Part shown: piece by piece, positions 1 through 13,379 of the stretch
Position numbering within the stretch: position 1 is the stretch's first letter
Layout: each line of letters begins with the position of its first letter
Source of the DNA: Malacoraja senta
Lineage: Eukaryota
Direction of reading: 5' to 3'
Assembly: GCA_038087875.1 (NCBI GenBank)
Contig: CM075982.1
Coordinates: 23,312,001-23,376,000, forward strand
Length of the DNA: 64,000 nt
Translations under genes and position numbers: made by a program
The notes under the pieces: generated by a model
Database searches by the model: none
What the model was told of the DNA's origin: nothing
What the model saw: the letters and a program-made list of their open reading frames with translations, nothing else

Positions 1-1842
1 TGCACATGCTTATCAGGTGGTGGTATACTTGACAATTTTTGCCCAGCTATTAAGTAAGGAAAATGGATATGAACTATCACTATGGCCTTATTATGTGATC
101 AACAAATCATATTTTACAACCACACAAGGTAACGATTTGGCAGGTAATGTGTCATTTTTCTTGTTAAAGCACTAAGCCAGTTATGAATCATGCTGGAAGT
201 GTAACAGAGGAATCGAAGTGTCCATAGAAGGAACAAGTGGGCCATAAAATATCAGTGCCATTTCCTGGGGTAGAATTGCACAAACTCTTAGTGTTCTTTG
301 TGTAACTTGCAGATGGGATAACCAATGGACTATCGCTAGTCTCTTCCATAGCAGGCGGACAGCATCAGTAAGTTAACACCTTTTTTTTTTAATGGAGTAT
401 TAAAGCAGTACAATTTAAAGATGCCATATGAAAAGCCCTTGAGATAAGGAAGAAAATAAATAAAATTGCATTTTACGAGTGCCACATAATAAATTTCAGC
501 ATGTGCCTGTATTAGAATTTTTGGTCTGCTTGTTTACAGGAAACCTGGTTGCAAATGAGTTCAGTCCTCTTTCAATGACTATCATAACCAGTAAGAATCT
601 TTATTATTGATAAGTTCCAACAGGTTGTATAAAAACTGAATAGAGCAGATATAAAATTGCCCGGGCTAGGATAACAATGCCAGAACACAGCACACACTAT
701 ATTTATTCATTCATGAAGCAAGAAGAAAGCCTGCATTTATTGCAGAACTCTAATTTCCTTTGAACTGAGTTAACATTTTAGAGGGTGGTTATGATGTGTG
801 GATCAGGAATCACTTGCCGTCCAGAATAAGTAATATAACAGTTTTCCTTCAGGAAAGGAAATTTGTTAACCAGATGGATATGCAGAAGAATTTGATAGTT
901 TCATGGCCAACATTATTGATATTAATTTGTAATTTTTGTTTTAATTTCGCTACATGCCATGATGGCAAATGAACTCATGTCTACAGGTCAGTTAACCAGG
1001 CCTTTGGATTTTGGTGTAGTATGCTAAGCATTATTGTTGCACATCCAGCCTATGAAAGCTATATTTGAGGACGTTGGGAATTTTGGAGTTGTTGGAGGAA
1101 AAGACAGCAAGCATTCATCGTCTTCAATTCTACTCAGTAACATCTGGGGAAAGAGCACTTGTGGATACCTGACAAAACTAGCATCTTAGCTTTAGCTACT
1201 GGTATCTCAAGTGTTCAAATATCCTGATCCCACTCATGGGGCAAGCTTGTAGTGAATATTCATTGGAGTGAATAGCATGGTGCTTCATCACAACTGACTA
1301 CTATATCTGAAAAATGGAATAGCCAGGAGCAGGATATAATCCATTTGGAACTGCACTACTGATCAATTAGATCATGACAAATCTGATGCAATCAATCATA
1401 GAATCATCAGAGCACAGAAGAAGGCCCTTCAGCCCAATTTCCTTCTGAATCAAAATGTATCAATCTCAGGTCATAAAAGTTCCAATTTACCAAATCATGC
1501 AGATTAAGTGCTATGAGTTCCAACATTTCATCTGAAAATGAACTTCCTCATTTCCCTTCCAAATGACTACACTCTAACTTCACATCACTACTGTTTTTTA
1601 TTTTCCATGACTATTTCTGTATATTTAAAAAAATCTAATATATTTTTTTAAATAACAGGGAGAACTACTGATGGAATAAAAAGTTGCAAGTCACAGGCTA
1701 AGAGTCTGGATGTGGGAGCACCACAATGTGTCTGCCACGAGGTCCATATACCATTGAAAGAACACGGCTTTGCTGAACAGGAGTCCCCACAATACTTCCT
1801 TCAACATATTGCACCATGAAAATGATGAGCAAGGGAATACTA

Positions 1843-1995
<153 letters not shown>

Positions 1996-2469
1996 TCACA
2001 CACAGAGAACAGGCAGACATTGCTAATACTTCAGTGAGGTTGTCAACTCTAGGACTGATGTGAATTATCAATATTACAAAGACCATTCAAATAACCTCTT
2101 GAAATCTTATGAATATTTAAGATGTTTTATTCCAGGCTTGATGAATCTTTCCAAAAATGCTAACATATCTTTCTCTTCCACTCCTTCAGATTGCCACAAT
2201 GCTGTTCCCAGGCAACCATCAAAAACCACGCAGTCTTCAGTTGCTTAGGATCAAGGAATCATATGAAGCATTTGACTTATTGGAGTATTGAACATTTTTT
2301 TAGCATTTTCTGCTGTGTCTATGTTTTCTAATATTTTGGTGATGCACAACGCTGGGTATGTAAATTTTTAATTCAACCGTTTCTTCTGTTTAGAAAGTAT
2401 CCAGTTAGCATGGAGTTGACCTTGCCAAAATTTGCATTGTGTTGAGACAGCAATTTTATAACATTAGGG

Positions 2470-3416
2470 GCCAGTCCCTGCTGACCAAGTCCACGCTGAC
2501 CATCAACCACCCATTTGCACTAATCTAATCTCTCCAAATCATTATCAATTCCCCCCCCCCCTCAAATTCCACCAGTCACCTGCATCCGAGGGGCAATTTA
2601 GAGAAGTCAATAACTTACCGACACACTCGCCTTTGGGATGTGGGGGGAAACCAGAACACCCGGGGGAAATCCAGGCATTCACAGGGAGATGTGCAAACTC
2701 CACACAGACAGCACCTGAGGTCAGGATTGAACCCAAGTTAAATGTGTTTCAAAAGAAACTAATGGACTATGGGTTAATAACTGGAAAAAAGCTAATTCTA
2801 AAATTTTGGAAGAAGGCTCCAATACCAACTATAAATATGTGGACTTCAAATATGTTCGAAACATTACACCAAGAAGAGATAAGACTCCTCCTAGCAGGTA
2901 AACCAGATCACTTCCACCTGACGTGGTCTGCATTTATAGAATTATTACAAATATAGGGTGCAAAAGTACTTAAAAAAAAAAAATTGAGGTCAGGTAAGGG
3001 GGGATGCTAGTTGAAGAGTTGGTATGTCCCATTTACGTAATGCTCATAAAAATATTTGTTTCTCTCTTTTTCCTCTTTCTCTTTCTCTTTCTTTTCTAGG
3101 GTCTATTTCTTAACTCTTTTTCTTTTGTTTTTTAATTTTGCTCTTATAGGGTCTTCGTCCTTTTTTGTTGTCACATTTTCTACACTTTCACTTTTTCCTT
3201 CACTTTCTTCTTTCTTTCAATCTTTTCTTTTTCTAGTGTAAAAAATAAATGGAGTACATTAATTGTAAGAAGACATAAGTGACGAGTACTAATGTATGTG
3301 GTTGTAATGTAATGTACTTCTAATAAATAAAAATAAAAAAAATAAAATTAAAAAAAAAGGATTGAACCCAAGTCTCTGGCACTGAGGCAGCGGCTCCACA
3401 ATCTGCACCACTGTGC
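2470..3416 (-). mobile_element. tRNA-derived V-SINE/HE1-type SINE, split by an L1 insertion
   Basis: The minus strand has a head gcacagtggtgcag...gggttcaatcc (A/B boxes), a V-domain-like tgtgtggagtttgcac...ggtttccccccacatcccaaag and a CR1-like tail. The two halves join across the duplicated site at 2723-2738/3358-3373. Confidence 0.85.
2739..3357 (+). mobile_element. 5'-truncated L1-clade LINE (ORF2 C-terminus, 3' UTR, poly-A) with 16-bp TSD
   Basis: An open frame ends ...KKLILKFWKKAPIPTINMWTSNMFETLHQEEIRLLLAGKPDHFHLTWSAFIELLQI* at 2956, typical of fish-type L1 ORF2 ends. It is followed by a T-rich UTR, AATAAA and an A-tail. The TSD is AGGATTGAACCCAAGT on both sides. Confidence 0.88.
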
Positions 3417-3489
3417 ATTCAAGATAGCGCATTCACAGCATGTCATTTTACTATAAGTTTATCTGCAATTTGTAAAAATGACATATTCC

Positions 3490-3816
3490 TCATGTAACAT
3501 AGAACAGTATTACACAGGCCCACAATGTTTGTGCCGATCATGATGCCTAGCTGAACTGATCTTATCTGCCTGCACATGATCGATATCTCTCTATCCCCTG
3601 CATCTCTGTACCTATTTAAAAGCCTCAAACGCCACTATCATATTAGCCTCCGCCTAGCAATGCGTTCCAGGCCGACACCACCATCTGTGTAAAGACTTGC
3701 CCCATACATCTCCATTAAACTATCCCCCTCTCACCTTATAGCTATGACCTCTAGTTTCCACCCTGGGAAAAGGTTCTGACTGTCTATCCTATCTATGCCT
3801 CTCATAATTTTATATA
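3490..3816 (-). mobile_element. CR1 LINE 3' fragment
   Basis: Aligns by eye with the 3' ends of other CR1 copies in the window (ccccctctcacctta, ccaccctgggaaaagg, ctatctatgcctctcataattttata). Confidence 0.75.
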
Positions 3817-3899
3817 CAAACATTTGCATTTACTGATCCAAGTTGGATGGAGAAGCTGAATGTGATCAATTCCCTGCTCTTTCTTGGTTCTAAAGTAAA

Positions 3900-4240
3900 A
3901 ATTATTTGTTCAGAGGATGTGGAAATTGCTGGCAAGCTAAGAATGTATTACCCAATTCTAAGAGCTTCCTGAACAGAATGGCTAGCTGGACAATTTCATG
4001 GAATAGCATGCAGTCACATGCAGACCTGACCAGCAAAAAAGGCAACGGCAAGCTAGGTCTTTGTAACAATCCAGCAGCTTCATGGTCATCATTGCTGACG
4101 GTAGCGTTTTTTTTACTTAGAGATTTTATTTAATTATTTGAGCTTAAATTCTCCAGCTGCTGTGCTCACATTTGAACCTATCCTGCCAAATCAATATTCC
4201 AGGTCTCTGGATACTATTCGATTAAATTAACTAACATGCT
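3900..4240 (-). mobile_element. Old tRNA-derived SINE with LINE-type tail (similar decayed copies near 780-1040, 14150-14310, 28700-28960, 56590-56760 on minus and 57765-57935 on plus)
   Basis: Recurrent motifs ggatgtgg...gctggcaag...catt, tttcatggtca.catt.ctga and aaattc.ccagctgc...tttgaac. The copies are mutually alignable but divergent. Confidence 0.55.
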
Positions 4241-7200
4241 GCTTTGCCACTGAAAAATTGCAGCCTTAATCTGATTCATAAACCAAATTTGAAGCATTAC
4301 CGTTAGTTCCCGATATATCAGGTTTTTATTTTGCACGGAATTATGTAAAATATTCGGCATATTAATAGGTTATTTGACCCAACTACTCCGAGCTGGTATT
4401 TATGCGCCACACAATTCTGTCAGTTTTCTATTATACACAGAGAAGGATTGTTCTGAGGTGATAAAAAGCTCTTAGTAGGTGCAAGTTTCTCCCTTTTGAA
4501 ACAGCACATTCTAAAATTCATCTTTGATGACTGCTGCCACTATTAGAGACAATGAGTTCCACTTCCGAGGCACTTTCAGGTTAAAGATGCCCTTTCTGAA
4601 TAATTTTATGGATTTATACAAGCTGAATTCATGTGACATTGCAGTAACAGAGTAAATGCAATCAGAATCTTGAACCAAGTCCTGAGCTGACACCTACGTG
4701 AATTACTGTGGGAGTCCCCAGTGGAGACTGTCTCACTACATTCCATTTTGGCATCATTTCAGACCTCAACATCCGCCTTAGACTACCCAAGTTGATGCAA
4801 GGCAAAGCCATCAATTTGTGGTGTAGGCACATTCCCACCCAAGAAAGTGTAGCTAACAAAGGGAGAATTCTGCATCTAACTTTACTTGCAAAACACTAAT
4901 GGGAATGTCACATCAGATACACATTTTGGACCATGGATCACATTGACAAATTCTGTATCCTATTGAAACTAATATGCCAAGTAACCGTTGTAAAACTGCA
5001 TACCTCTGGATCACTGTCTATTTGTGATAATACAAATCAATCCTGCATATTTAATCTCCAAACAGAAGCTGGGGACTCACACATTCACACTCCACAAGTA
5101 CAATATATTTTGCCGAGTTTTATTCATGGGATGAAACTCATCGGCAGAATCTGAAATTCCTAAGCCAAGCAACTGAGGTGCTGGGACTTTCTCTATTTTC
5201 CATTTCTGACAAAAGTCATCAAAGTGAGACATTAACTCTGTTTCTCTTTCCACCATTTCTGCCTGACCTGCTGACTGTTTCCAGCATTTTTCTTTTTATT
5301 TCAGATTTTCAGCATCTGCAGGTTTTTTTTACAGAGTTTGTTTAAACATGTATTGGAACAGCTGCAATGATACAAGGCTCCTTTCTGCCCTATTGAGCAG
5401 CCTTAGCCAGTGGTTTATGTGCCTGCCCTCATTATTCATAGCTTTGCCTGGGAGGTGGGTGGGGGTGGTCACAAATTTTTGTGGTTAATGTCAACAATTT
5501 GGCTAAGGCAGAAAAATGTCTGAACATTTTGGGCAATAGAGCAAAATTATACTTTGGCGAGATGATATATTAATGACTATACTTTTAAAGCCAGGTATGA
5601 GGAAGATCTAGCACTTTGAAAAGATAATGTCCAATCTTACTTTTCTATTGCACAAGAGCTAACACCACTGGGTGCTTTGGGACATCGTGAGACCGCAAAC
5701 ATCACTGTTGAAATGCAAATCTTTCTTTCTTCTGTTAAGACTGTCCTCTCCACTTAATTACTAACTAGCAATTTCACAGAACGGAAGTGAAAAAATAACT
5801 GTGATTAAAGCAATTTCATAAAAAGATTTCATTTGGGGGGAAAAAATTGAAATATTATTTGACAATATTTATCTTTGTCCCTTAAAAGCAACCTTTATAA
5901 CATCTCCATGTGTGGTATTTGAATTATTTGAATTATCCAGTCCCCAGCTCTGGGACTTGGTCAATTTTGGCTGCTTTTTTAAATGTTCTCATTAAAAAAA
6001 AAGTTTTCATTTGCTGACCTTCCCCCAAATACATAACTTGGAACAACTGGTCTGTGACAAATGAACTTACGAACTTCAAGACCCATTACATCTTTTAATT
6101 GTAACAAAATCATGTGAAAATAACTTTTAAAAAAACAGAAGTCATGGTGGTGTATGGAATGAATAAATCAGAGGAGCAGCAAATTCCCCTTGGAGAAAAC
6201 AGTAACCAGCTTAGGTAAAACACTGCTGGTTATGATTACGACATGCAATATTGACAGGAGCTTATTGTGAAGAAGGAAGGGTGCCTGACTGGCTTTTTTT
6301 AGTTGGAAATTTCCTGAGATTCCTACCTTTAAAGGGTACATGAAAACGTAGTTTATCTCCATAAAGAAATCTAATCAAAATTATGAGAGTCCTCTCTCAT
6401 GGCTCTTCACTGACTGACATTAGGCCACCGTGAAAGGACAAAGTCTCTGGAGGGATCTCCAACCATCGCTTCCATTCGATGCCTCACCTTCTTCAGCATT
6501 TGCTTGGTTCGAAGGTGGCTCGCTAACACTCTTGTTCTCTAGGTTCTAATGGTGGCTGTCAAGTTTAATGTGCGTGCTGTATGTAGTCCAAATTTCTGAA
6601 GTGTTCAGGGGAATAGGAAAGACTGCTGCCCCGTAAACAATGAGCTTTGTGCTAGTTTGAGGCCTTGATCTTTTAACATTCTTTTCCTCATATGGTCAAA
6701 GGTTTGCTGGTGCACTGGTGTATTGGTGAATTTCAACATTGATGTCTGCCTTCTCCTGAGATGTGGGAAGTAGTCTACATATTTTTCATTCTGGATCTTT
6801 ATTTCCGAGGAGGGTGCGGTCTGTCGTGACGGCGGGGAAGGTTAGTATAGGCTCCTTGGAGACTTTCAATAATAGGTCAATTTTCTTCGATACTTCAGTG
6901 ATTGAATCGACAATGAGTTGGTGCTCAGCCTCTGAACATATGCATACTGCAGCTCATGACTAAGGGAGGATTGATCCAGGGTTCTGGAATAGATTTGATA
7001 ACAACTGAACAGCTTCCACCTGTCCTGTCGATTCATTCCTTTCCAGCAAATGGATGAAATATTGAAGGAATGAGGCAACCTTACTTGACACCTCTTTGCA
7101 AACAGATAGGGTTTGTGGTGGAGGCGATGACAAAATCATACATGCCCTCATGTAGCAGACTGAGATTAATTTGACAATGAGGTCAAAAAGAGATAATATA

Positions 7201-7477
7201 TATTATATGTTATATATCGTGGCTGATGTTGCTTCTTGCATTCCTTTGAGTCGTTACATGTTGAAGGTTTAGTTTAGTTTATTATTGTCACGTGTACTGA
7301 CGTACAGTGAAAAGCTTTTGTTGCATGATATCCAGTCAAAATAAAGACACAATCAAGCTGCCCATAGTATACAGATGAAGGGTACAATATTTAGTGACAG
7401 AGTCTGATGACAACTGATCAAAGATAGTTCAAAGGTCTCCACTGAGGTAGATGGGAGGTTAGGACCATCCTCTAGCT

Positions 7478-7720
7478 CAGGGGTCGGCAACCGTTTCTGC
7501 CAAGGGGCTATGAGCGGATGGCAGGCCACATCTATCACGTGTACACATGGATCCTGCCCTTTCGAGGACGCCACCCGGAGCACTGAGCTCAAATATCACA
7601 CTCGTTCATCCCCAGCATACTGACAACCCCGATCCCGACAGTGAAGCCCAGACACAGAAGGTGCGCGGCCGTGCCGGTGGCTTTGCGCAGGATACGGTAC
7701 AGCCAAATCATCTTCCAGGG
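7478..7720 (+). mobile_element. One-ended hAT-like DNA transposon fragment
   Basis: Starts CAGGGGTCGGCAACC (hAT/Charlie-type terminus) directly after the 8-mer CTCTAGCT. I found no matching right TIR. Confidence 0.45.
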
Positions 7721-7727
7721 ACCGGAG

Positions 7728-7810
7728 GTAGAAAAAAATGCTGGAGAAACTCACTCCAGCATTTTTTTCTACCTCCGATTTTTCCAGCATCTGCAGTTCT
7801 TTCTTAAACA
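7728..7810. mobile_element. Collapsed palindromic Penelope-terminal-repeat insert with imperfect 15-bp TSD
   Basis: Inverted arms gtagaaaaaaatgctggag / ctccagcatttttttctac. Flanking duplication TTCCAGG(G/T)AC(C/T)GGAG at 7713-7727 and 7811-7825. Confidence 0.7.
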
Positions 7811-9544
7811 TTCCAGGTACTGGAGATGTCTCTTTTGCAAAGAGGTGTCAAGTACCATGTTGTGTTGCATCACGATAAAAAGCTTACTGTGATGTATATT
7901 TAGAAGTTGGTGAGGGTTGTTGGGGACATGCCAAATTTCCTAAGTCTTCTACGAAAGTTGAGGCGTTAGTGTGCTTTTTTTGGCTACAGCTTCGATGTGG
8001 CTGCTTCAGGACACATTGCTGGTGATATTTATTCTTAAGAACTTGAGCTTCCAACCATCATGTGTCAATCATGTATCTACATGGAATCAATCTCTCCAGC
8101 AATTCAGGGAACAATTCTTCAGCCAGGGAGAAGACTTTTGCAATTAATTTGCCTGTGGCAGACAGCAGGGTGACCCCTCTAAATGTCTGGCAATTGGATT
8201 TGTCTTCTTTCTTGAAGATGATCACAAATATCATGTCTCTAAGATCACCTGATATGTCCCCCACATAAAAGATAAGACTTAATTTCGCCGTTGACAAGTT
8301 TTAGCAGGAATACCATCTACTCCTGAGACCTCCTTCTTTTTCAGTTGACACAAATTGAATTTCACTGTACCTTAATTGGTACTTGTGACAATAAACTGAC
8401 CTTGAAACCTTGAAGGCCATGTCAACCTCTTGTCAGGTTATTATGTTTCTTGTTAGAGACATACTAAACTACAGATGCAGGAATCTTGTGCAAAACACAA
8501 GGTGTCAGACGAACTCAATGGGTCAGGCAGCACCTGTGGAGGGAATGGACAGATAATGTTTCGGGTTGGGATCCTTCTTCAGATTGTTTTGAATTGGGGA
8601 GAAAGTGGAAAATAGGACCAATTGTAGTAGTGGGGAGAAAACTTGTCTGGGTCAGTGCTGATAGTAAAGGGAGTGAACATCAGGATGTTGAATAAGCTAC
8701 TTCTCTCCTGGATGGTGCTGAGTTTCTTAAGTGCGGATTCAGCTATACACCAAGCAAATGAACTGTATTCCATTACGCTGTGGAAATAGATGAGAGGAAT
8801 GAGAGAGATGGCTCGCACCCATAGTGTGGCATGTCACCAGAGCTTCTGCATCTGTTCAGTATGGTACATGCTGACATGGACAACTTCGTATTTTGAAGAG
8901 GTGCGTGGAACAGACCATCCTACAATCACCAGTCACCATCTTCATGTCTAAAGTTATGATGGTGTGAAGGCGATCAAAGACAGAGATGAAAATAGCTGTA
9001 CTCATTAACCTGTTTTGAGAAATGTATGCAGCAATGTCCTGTTGCCGATATGAAGGACATACAAAGATCACAAACTGCTTTCACAAAGTAAAAAGGCATC
9101 TTTCAAAAATGTCAAGATCCCTTGAAACCTCTTACATAATAGTAGCTCATGTGGTCTATGACATTGAGGATCAGTATGAAATCCTTTGAAGATTAATTCT
9201 CCCTTGAGGGTTTGTTGCATTCCTTATCATTGCTTTATCATGTTTAATTGCTCTGGAGGAGATTGGACATTAAACATTTTCCCACAGTGGGATAAAGGGG
9301 GACAACAGAGTTCAAGCTCCCTGGCGGAACTGAATAGGCACTTTTGAAGCACAATTTTACGATAACAAGTTTTAAAATGATAGCCTCTGGTGAAATCCCG
9401 AAAGTTCAGCGAGGTCCCAGACGCATCTTGTAGTCTGCATCCAGTCTGGAGATATCAGATGGAATTAGACCAGGAAACCTAGCTAGTTTTTGTTCTTCTG
9501 TTAGCATGATAAAAAAAATCTGACACTAAACGTTTCAAGTAACG

Positions 9545-10236
9545 TATTGGGACAGGCAGCATTTCTAGAGAACATGGGTAGGCAACATTTCGGGTTGGGA
9601 CTCTTCTTTAGACTGATTGTAGTAGGGGGAAAGCTGGAAAAGAGGTGGGGTCGAGACAAAGCCTGGCGAGTGATAGGTGGTAGACAAGAGTGCTGGAGAA
9701 ACTCAGCGGGTGCAGCAGCATCTATGGAGCGAAGGAAATAGGCAACGTTTTGGGCCGAACCCTTCTTCAGGGATAGGTGGTTACAGATGTTCCAGAGTGA
9801 TAGGTGGTTACAGGTGAGAGATTTGATTGGCAGATGGCTAGACTGAGGACAGAAAATGAAAAGACAGAACACAGAGATAAGGAGAGGAGGCATTAAATGT
9901 GACGCCAGAGGAAGGAATATAAGTGGAAGGGGAATGGGGGGTGGGGGGGTGGTGGGAGAAATGTGTGCGCATCCAAGTGGGACACAGTGAATTGGGGGGG
10001 GGGGGGGGAGTTCTGTTTGTTGGTTGGTTAGTTTCCAAAATTTGAGAATTCAATGTCCATACTGTTGGGTTATAAGCTACCAAAGCTATAAGTTCCTCCA
10101 GTTTGCATGTGGCCTCACTCTAGCTGTGGAGGAGGCACAGGACAGAGAGGTCAGTATAAGGATGGGAAGGGGAATTTAAATGATTAGAAACCGGGACATC
10201 CAGCAGGCCTTGGCGGACCAAGTTCAAGTGTTCGAA
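9545..10236 (-). mobile_element. Penelope-like element 3' part (GIY-YIG endonuclease C-terminus plus terminal repeat), with a second terminal-repeat copy nested at about 9682-9771
   Basis: The minus strand of 10030-10236 translates FEHLNLVRQGLLDVPVSNHLNSPSHPYTDLSVLCLLHS*SEATCKLEE.../GSL*PNSMDIEFSNF, a Penelope endonuclease tail. A pyrimidine-rich spacer and the common terminal repeat follow. The nested copy is flanked by GATAGGTGGT repeats. Confidence 0.85.
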
Positions 10237-10334
10237 ATATCATTCTGGGTTCACATTCCCGACCTCCATACCGTAACTTCTGATGGGTTCCCATAAGTGA
10301 ATGGCAACAGAGGAAAGAAATGAAGACAAAAATA

Positions 10335-10545
10335 TACACTTACACAATAATTTTCATATCCTCAGACATCTCAAACTATTTCTTAACTGATGAACTACAA
10401 CTGAAGTGTAGAGAATTAATAATGTCTCAAACTACTGCATTCATTTCAGCACAACGCAGTCAAATGAAGAACAAAGCAAGAATGACCAGATAATTTGTTT
10501 TAGTTACACCGGGCAAGAGACAAACACTGGCCCAGGACACTGGCA
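10335..10545 (-). mobile_element. Ancient Deu-domain (SacSINE1-like) SINE remnant; similar remnants near 13530-13700, 14345-14620, 22500-22560/23590-23650 and 49550-49680
   Basis: Decayed motifs cctcagacatctcaaac...tgaagtgtag...aatgaccagataatttgtttt...ccaggacactgg resemble the shark Deu-SINE consensus as I recall it. Confidence 0.45.
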
Positions 10546-10793
10546 ATCAGCTGTTCTAACTCAACCCAAGGTTGGTAGGTCGACTGCTGCTCCTTCTCTG
10601 TCATCGATTGATTATTTGGAAAATAATAGAAGTTGCCTAATGTTTCATAGATCTGCCCCAGCATGAGTGAACAACCATGGGAGAAAAGACTATAAAGATG
10701 GAATGGGAATCTGGGAATATCTGTGGGTTATTTCCAGCTTTTCACTTATTATCTGGATCCAGTTTATGGGAAAACAAACGTGAAAATAGATAG

Positions 10794-10960
10794 ACACAAA
10801 ATGCTGGAGAAACTCAACGGGACAAGCAGCATCTCTGGAGAGAAGGAACCCGAATCCTACCCATTCCTTCTCTCCAGAGAAGCTGCCTGTCCCGCTGAGT
10901 TACTCCAGCATTTTGTGTCTATCTTTGATTTAACCAGCATCTGCAGTTCTTTCCAACTCA
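10794..10960. mobile_element. Palindromic Penelope-terminal-repeat insert with 11-bp TSD
   Basis: Inverted arms acacaaaatgctggagaaactcaacgggacaagcagcatctctggagagaagg / ccttctctccagagaagctgcctgtcccgctgagttactccagcattttgtgt. TSD AAAATAGATAG at 10783-10793 and 10961-10971. Confidence 0.8.
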
Positions 10961-12446
10961 AAAATAGATAGCCAGAACCATTCCTAATCAGATCTCCTTC
11001 TCATAGAAGTTTATCAAAGAAGAATGTGGTTAGTCAGAGCTAAAGTTGATTCCTCCTTTTATTGTCTTGCTATTGAAATACATGAGATCCCAGGTGATTG
11101 TTGTTTAGAAATTACAAAGCTGGATATAAAGATGAATATAATGATTGTCAATGGGATTCAAAGGATCTATCTCACTAAAACAGTCTTTCAAATATTCATT
11201 ATCAGAAACTGGAAGCTTTGTTCATCACAGTTTCATTCATTCAGCATGGCTCTGATGCTCAAATAGTGGGTTAAAAACTTATTTACTCATCACAATTCCT
11301 GTTGTCTTTAACTCTGGTTCCAAAACATTTGAAGCTTTATTCTTATCTATGTATCCTCAGCTCTCACAGCATCCATTCCCACTCTCACACCTGGAACACA
11401 CTCACCCTGTTAACATTAAACCAATACCAATATGCACAAAAAGTTCCTGATGTCCCAAAGCAGAATTACAATCGAGGTGACAAGATTATAAGCTTATATA
11501 GGTATTCTGCATTCCCAATAACTCTGTAAACGTAAGAATGGCACGGTCCTGAACATTTCAGTCCTGGGTTTAATTTCCAGTCCCTGTTGGTCAATGAATG
11601 AAGTAATTATATTCAAACGTGAATTGTTTGCCATATTTTAATTAACACAGACAGAAACTGCAAACTTTCTCCTGTTTTGGTAGTTAATATTTTTCAATGA
11701 TTCTGGGATATTTTCACCCCATGAGTTTACCAAGGATCTACCTGTCACTTTGTATGTAGTTAAACTTCCTGACTCCAATATGAATCTATTTCAGTTTACA
11801 CATGCATCATCTTGTGCAGTTTATTCCTTGTGGTCCATCTGTGGATCCCTCTCTTACTGACTAGGTTTACTTACCAATCCAGTAAACCTATCACAATGCT
11901 ACCAGAAGTATTTTAACATAATGTCCCTGCTGTCCAGAAGTCTTTCCTATGGAAATGAACCCAATGGTTTGTCAGTCATTCCTAAGGGGTGATGTGAAAG
12001 CTGAGGATAGAATTATTGCAAAAATATAAGTATAAATCTGATAATCTGTGATGCTGTGAAGCTGTACCTCTTCTTTGACCTTGCAAGGACACCAATTTTC
12101 TAAAGCATTGGCAGCCTTTTATTCCTACACCATTTGCCCTTGTCTGTAAATAAGCCCTACTACTTCATATTCGTATTTATGCTACCCAATAACTCAGTGA
12201 ACACAAGAATGGTGCAGTCTTGAACAATTCTGTCCTAGACTTAATTAGAATTCTCTGTTGAGTAATGACAAAGTAAATTGCATACATTCCAATTCAGAAT
12301 GTTTGTTAACCTTTTACTTTATCGCAGTTTTTCTGCAATATTTATACACACTTGATGCCACTTACTAATTCTAATATTGTACTTAATATCCAGCGTCCAA
12401 AATCACTCATGGAAATGGGGAACCATCATCTTTCACCAGTACTTTC

Positions 12447-12690
12447 ACAGATTTAATAGGAACTTGAGGGGTAACTTTATCACACAAAGGGTGGTAGGTG
12501 TATGGAACGAGCTGCCAGAGGAGGTAATTGAGGCAGGTAATATCACAATGTTTAAGAAACATTCAGACAGGTACATGGATAGGACATGTTTAGAGGGATA
12601 TGGGCCAAATGCAGGCAGGTGGGACTAATGTAGATGGGACATGTTGGCCAGTATGGGGAAGTTGGGCCGCTGTAAGTTTCTATGACTCTC
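12447..12690 (+). mobile_element. CR1 LINE 3' fragment
   Basis: Encodes RFNRNLRGNFITQRVVGVWNELPEEVIEAGNITMFKKHSDRYMD, the canonical CR1 ORF2 C-terminus. Confidence 0.85.
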
Positions 12691-13190
12691 CTTGATGATC
12701 ACTTGGAACTCCAATTCCATGTTTTATAAGCAGCAGGTCCCCATGCTGATTAGCTCCATGTTTCAAAGGAGCACACTTCAGAAAGAGCTTTTATAGTTTA
12801 TTAATAAAGTGGTGTCCTGATGTCCGAAAGAAATAGAAACAGGACCATTCTGCTTCAGAAGTCTGCCATTTCATATTTCCTTATTCAAGTCACAGAGCAA
12901 TCCCATTTCCCCACAATTTTACCTCTAACCTATTCTCCCACAGTCTCCCCTCCCCAATTGAACTACCAACATTCACATCTTTGGGATGAGGGAGGAGACT
13001 CTTGTGGTCACAGGGAGGACTAACAAACTCCACACAAACAGCACCGGGGGTTCAATAGTGAACCTGGTTCGCTGCAACTGTGATGCCGCGGGTCTACTAG
13101 CTGTACCACTCCTGGAACTTGACTATGTCACTCATATGCAGACAAAACACTGCATAGGTGTCACATGCAGGAAATATACTGAATATTTTA

Positions 13191-13379
<189 letters not shown>

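Larger units (their letters stand above)
7265..8058 (-). mobile_element. Rex1/Babar-type LINE 3' fragment nested in the RTE
   Basis: Tail gtttagtttagtttattattgtcacgtgtac at 7267. The minus strand of 7860-8050 gives KFLRINITSNVS*SSHIEAVAKKAH*RLNFRRRLRKFGMSPTTLTNF, Rex1/Babar C-terminal motifs. Confidence 0.75.
6380..8330 (-). mobile_element. Decayed RTE-clade LINE interrupted by younger insertions
   Basis: ORF 8058..8297 has GDLRDMIFVIIFKKEDKSNCQTFRGVTLLSATGKLIAKV (RT N-terminal motifs). 6590-6780 gives frameshifted VDYFPHL...TKLIVYGAAV...SEIWTTYSTHIK, typical of the RTE C-terminal region. Confidence 0.7.

Noticed and set aside
2633-2956. 107-aa ORF as a gene
   Set aside because: Chance fusion of antisense SINE sequence to a truncated L1 ORF2 end.
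3359-3416. tRNA gene (A/B box-like sequence; also at 26755-26800 and 37480-37552)
   Set aside because: These are SINE heads continuing into a SINE core; no full cloverleaf is present.
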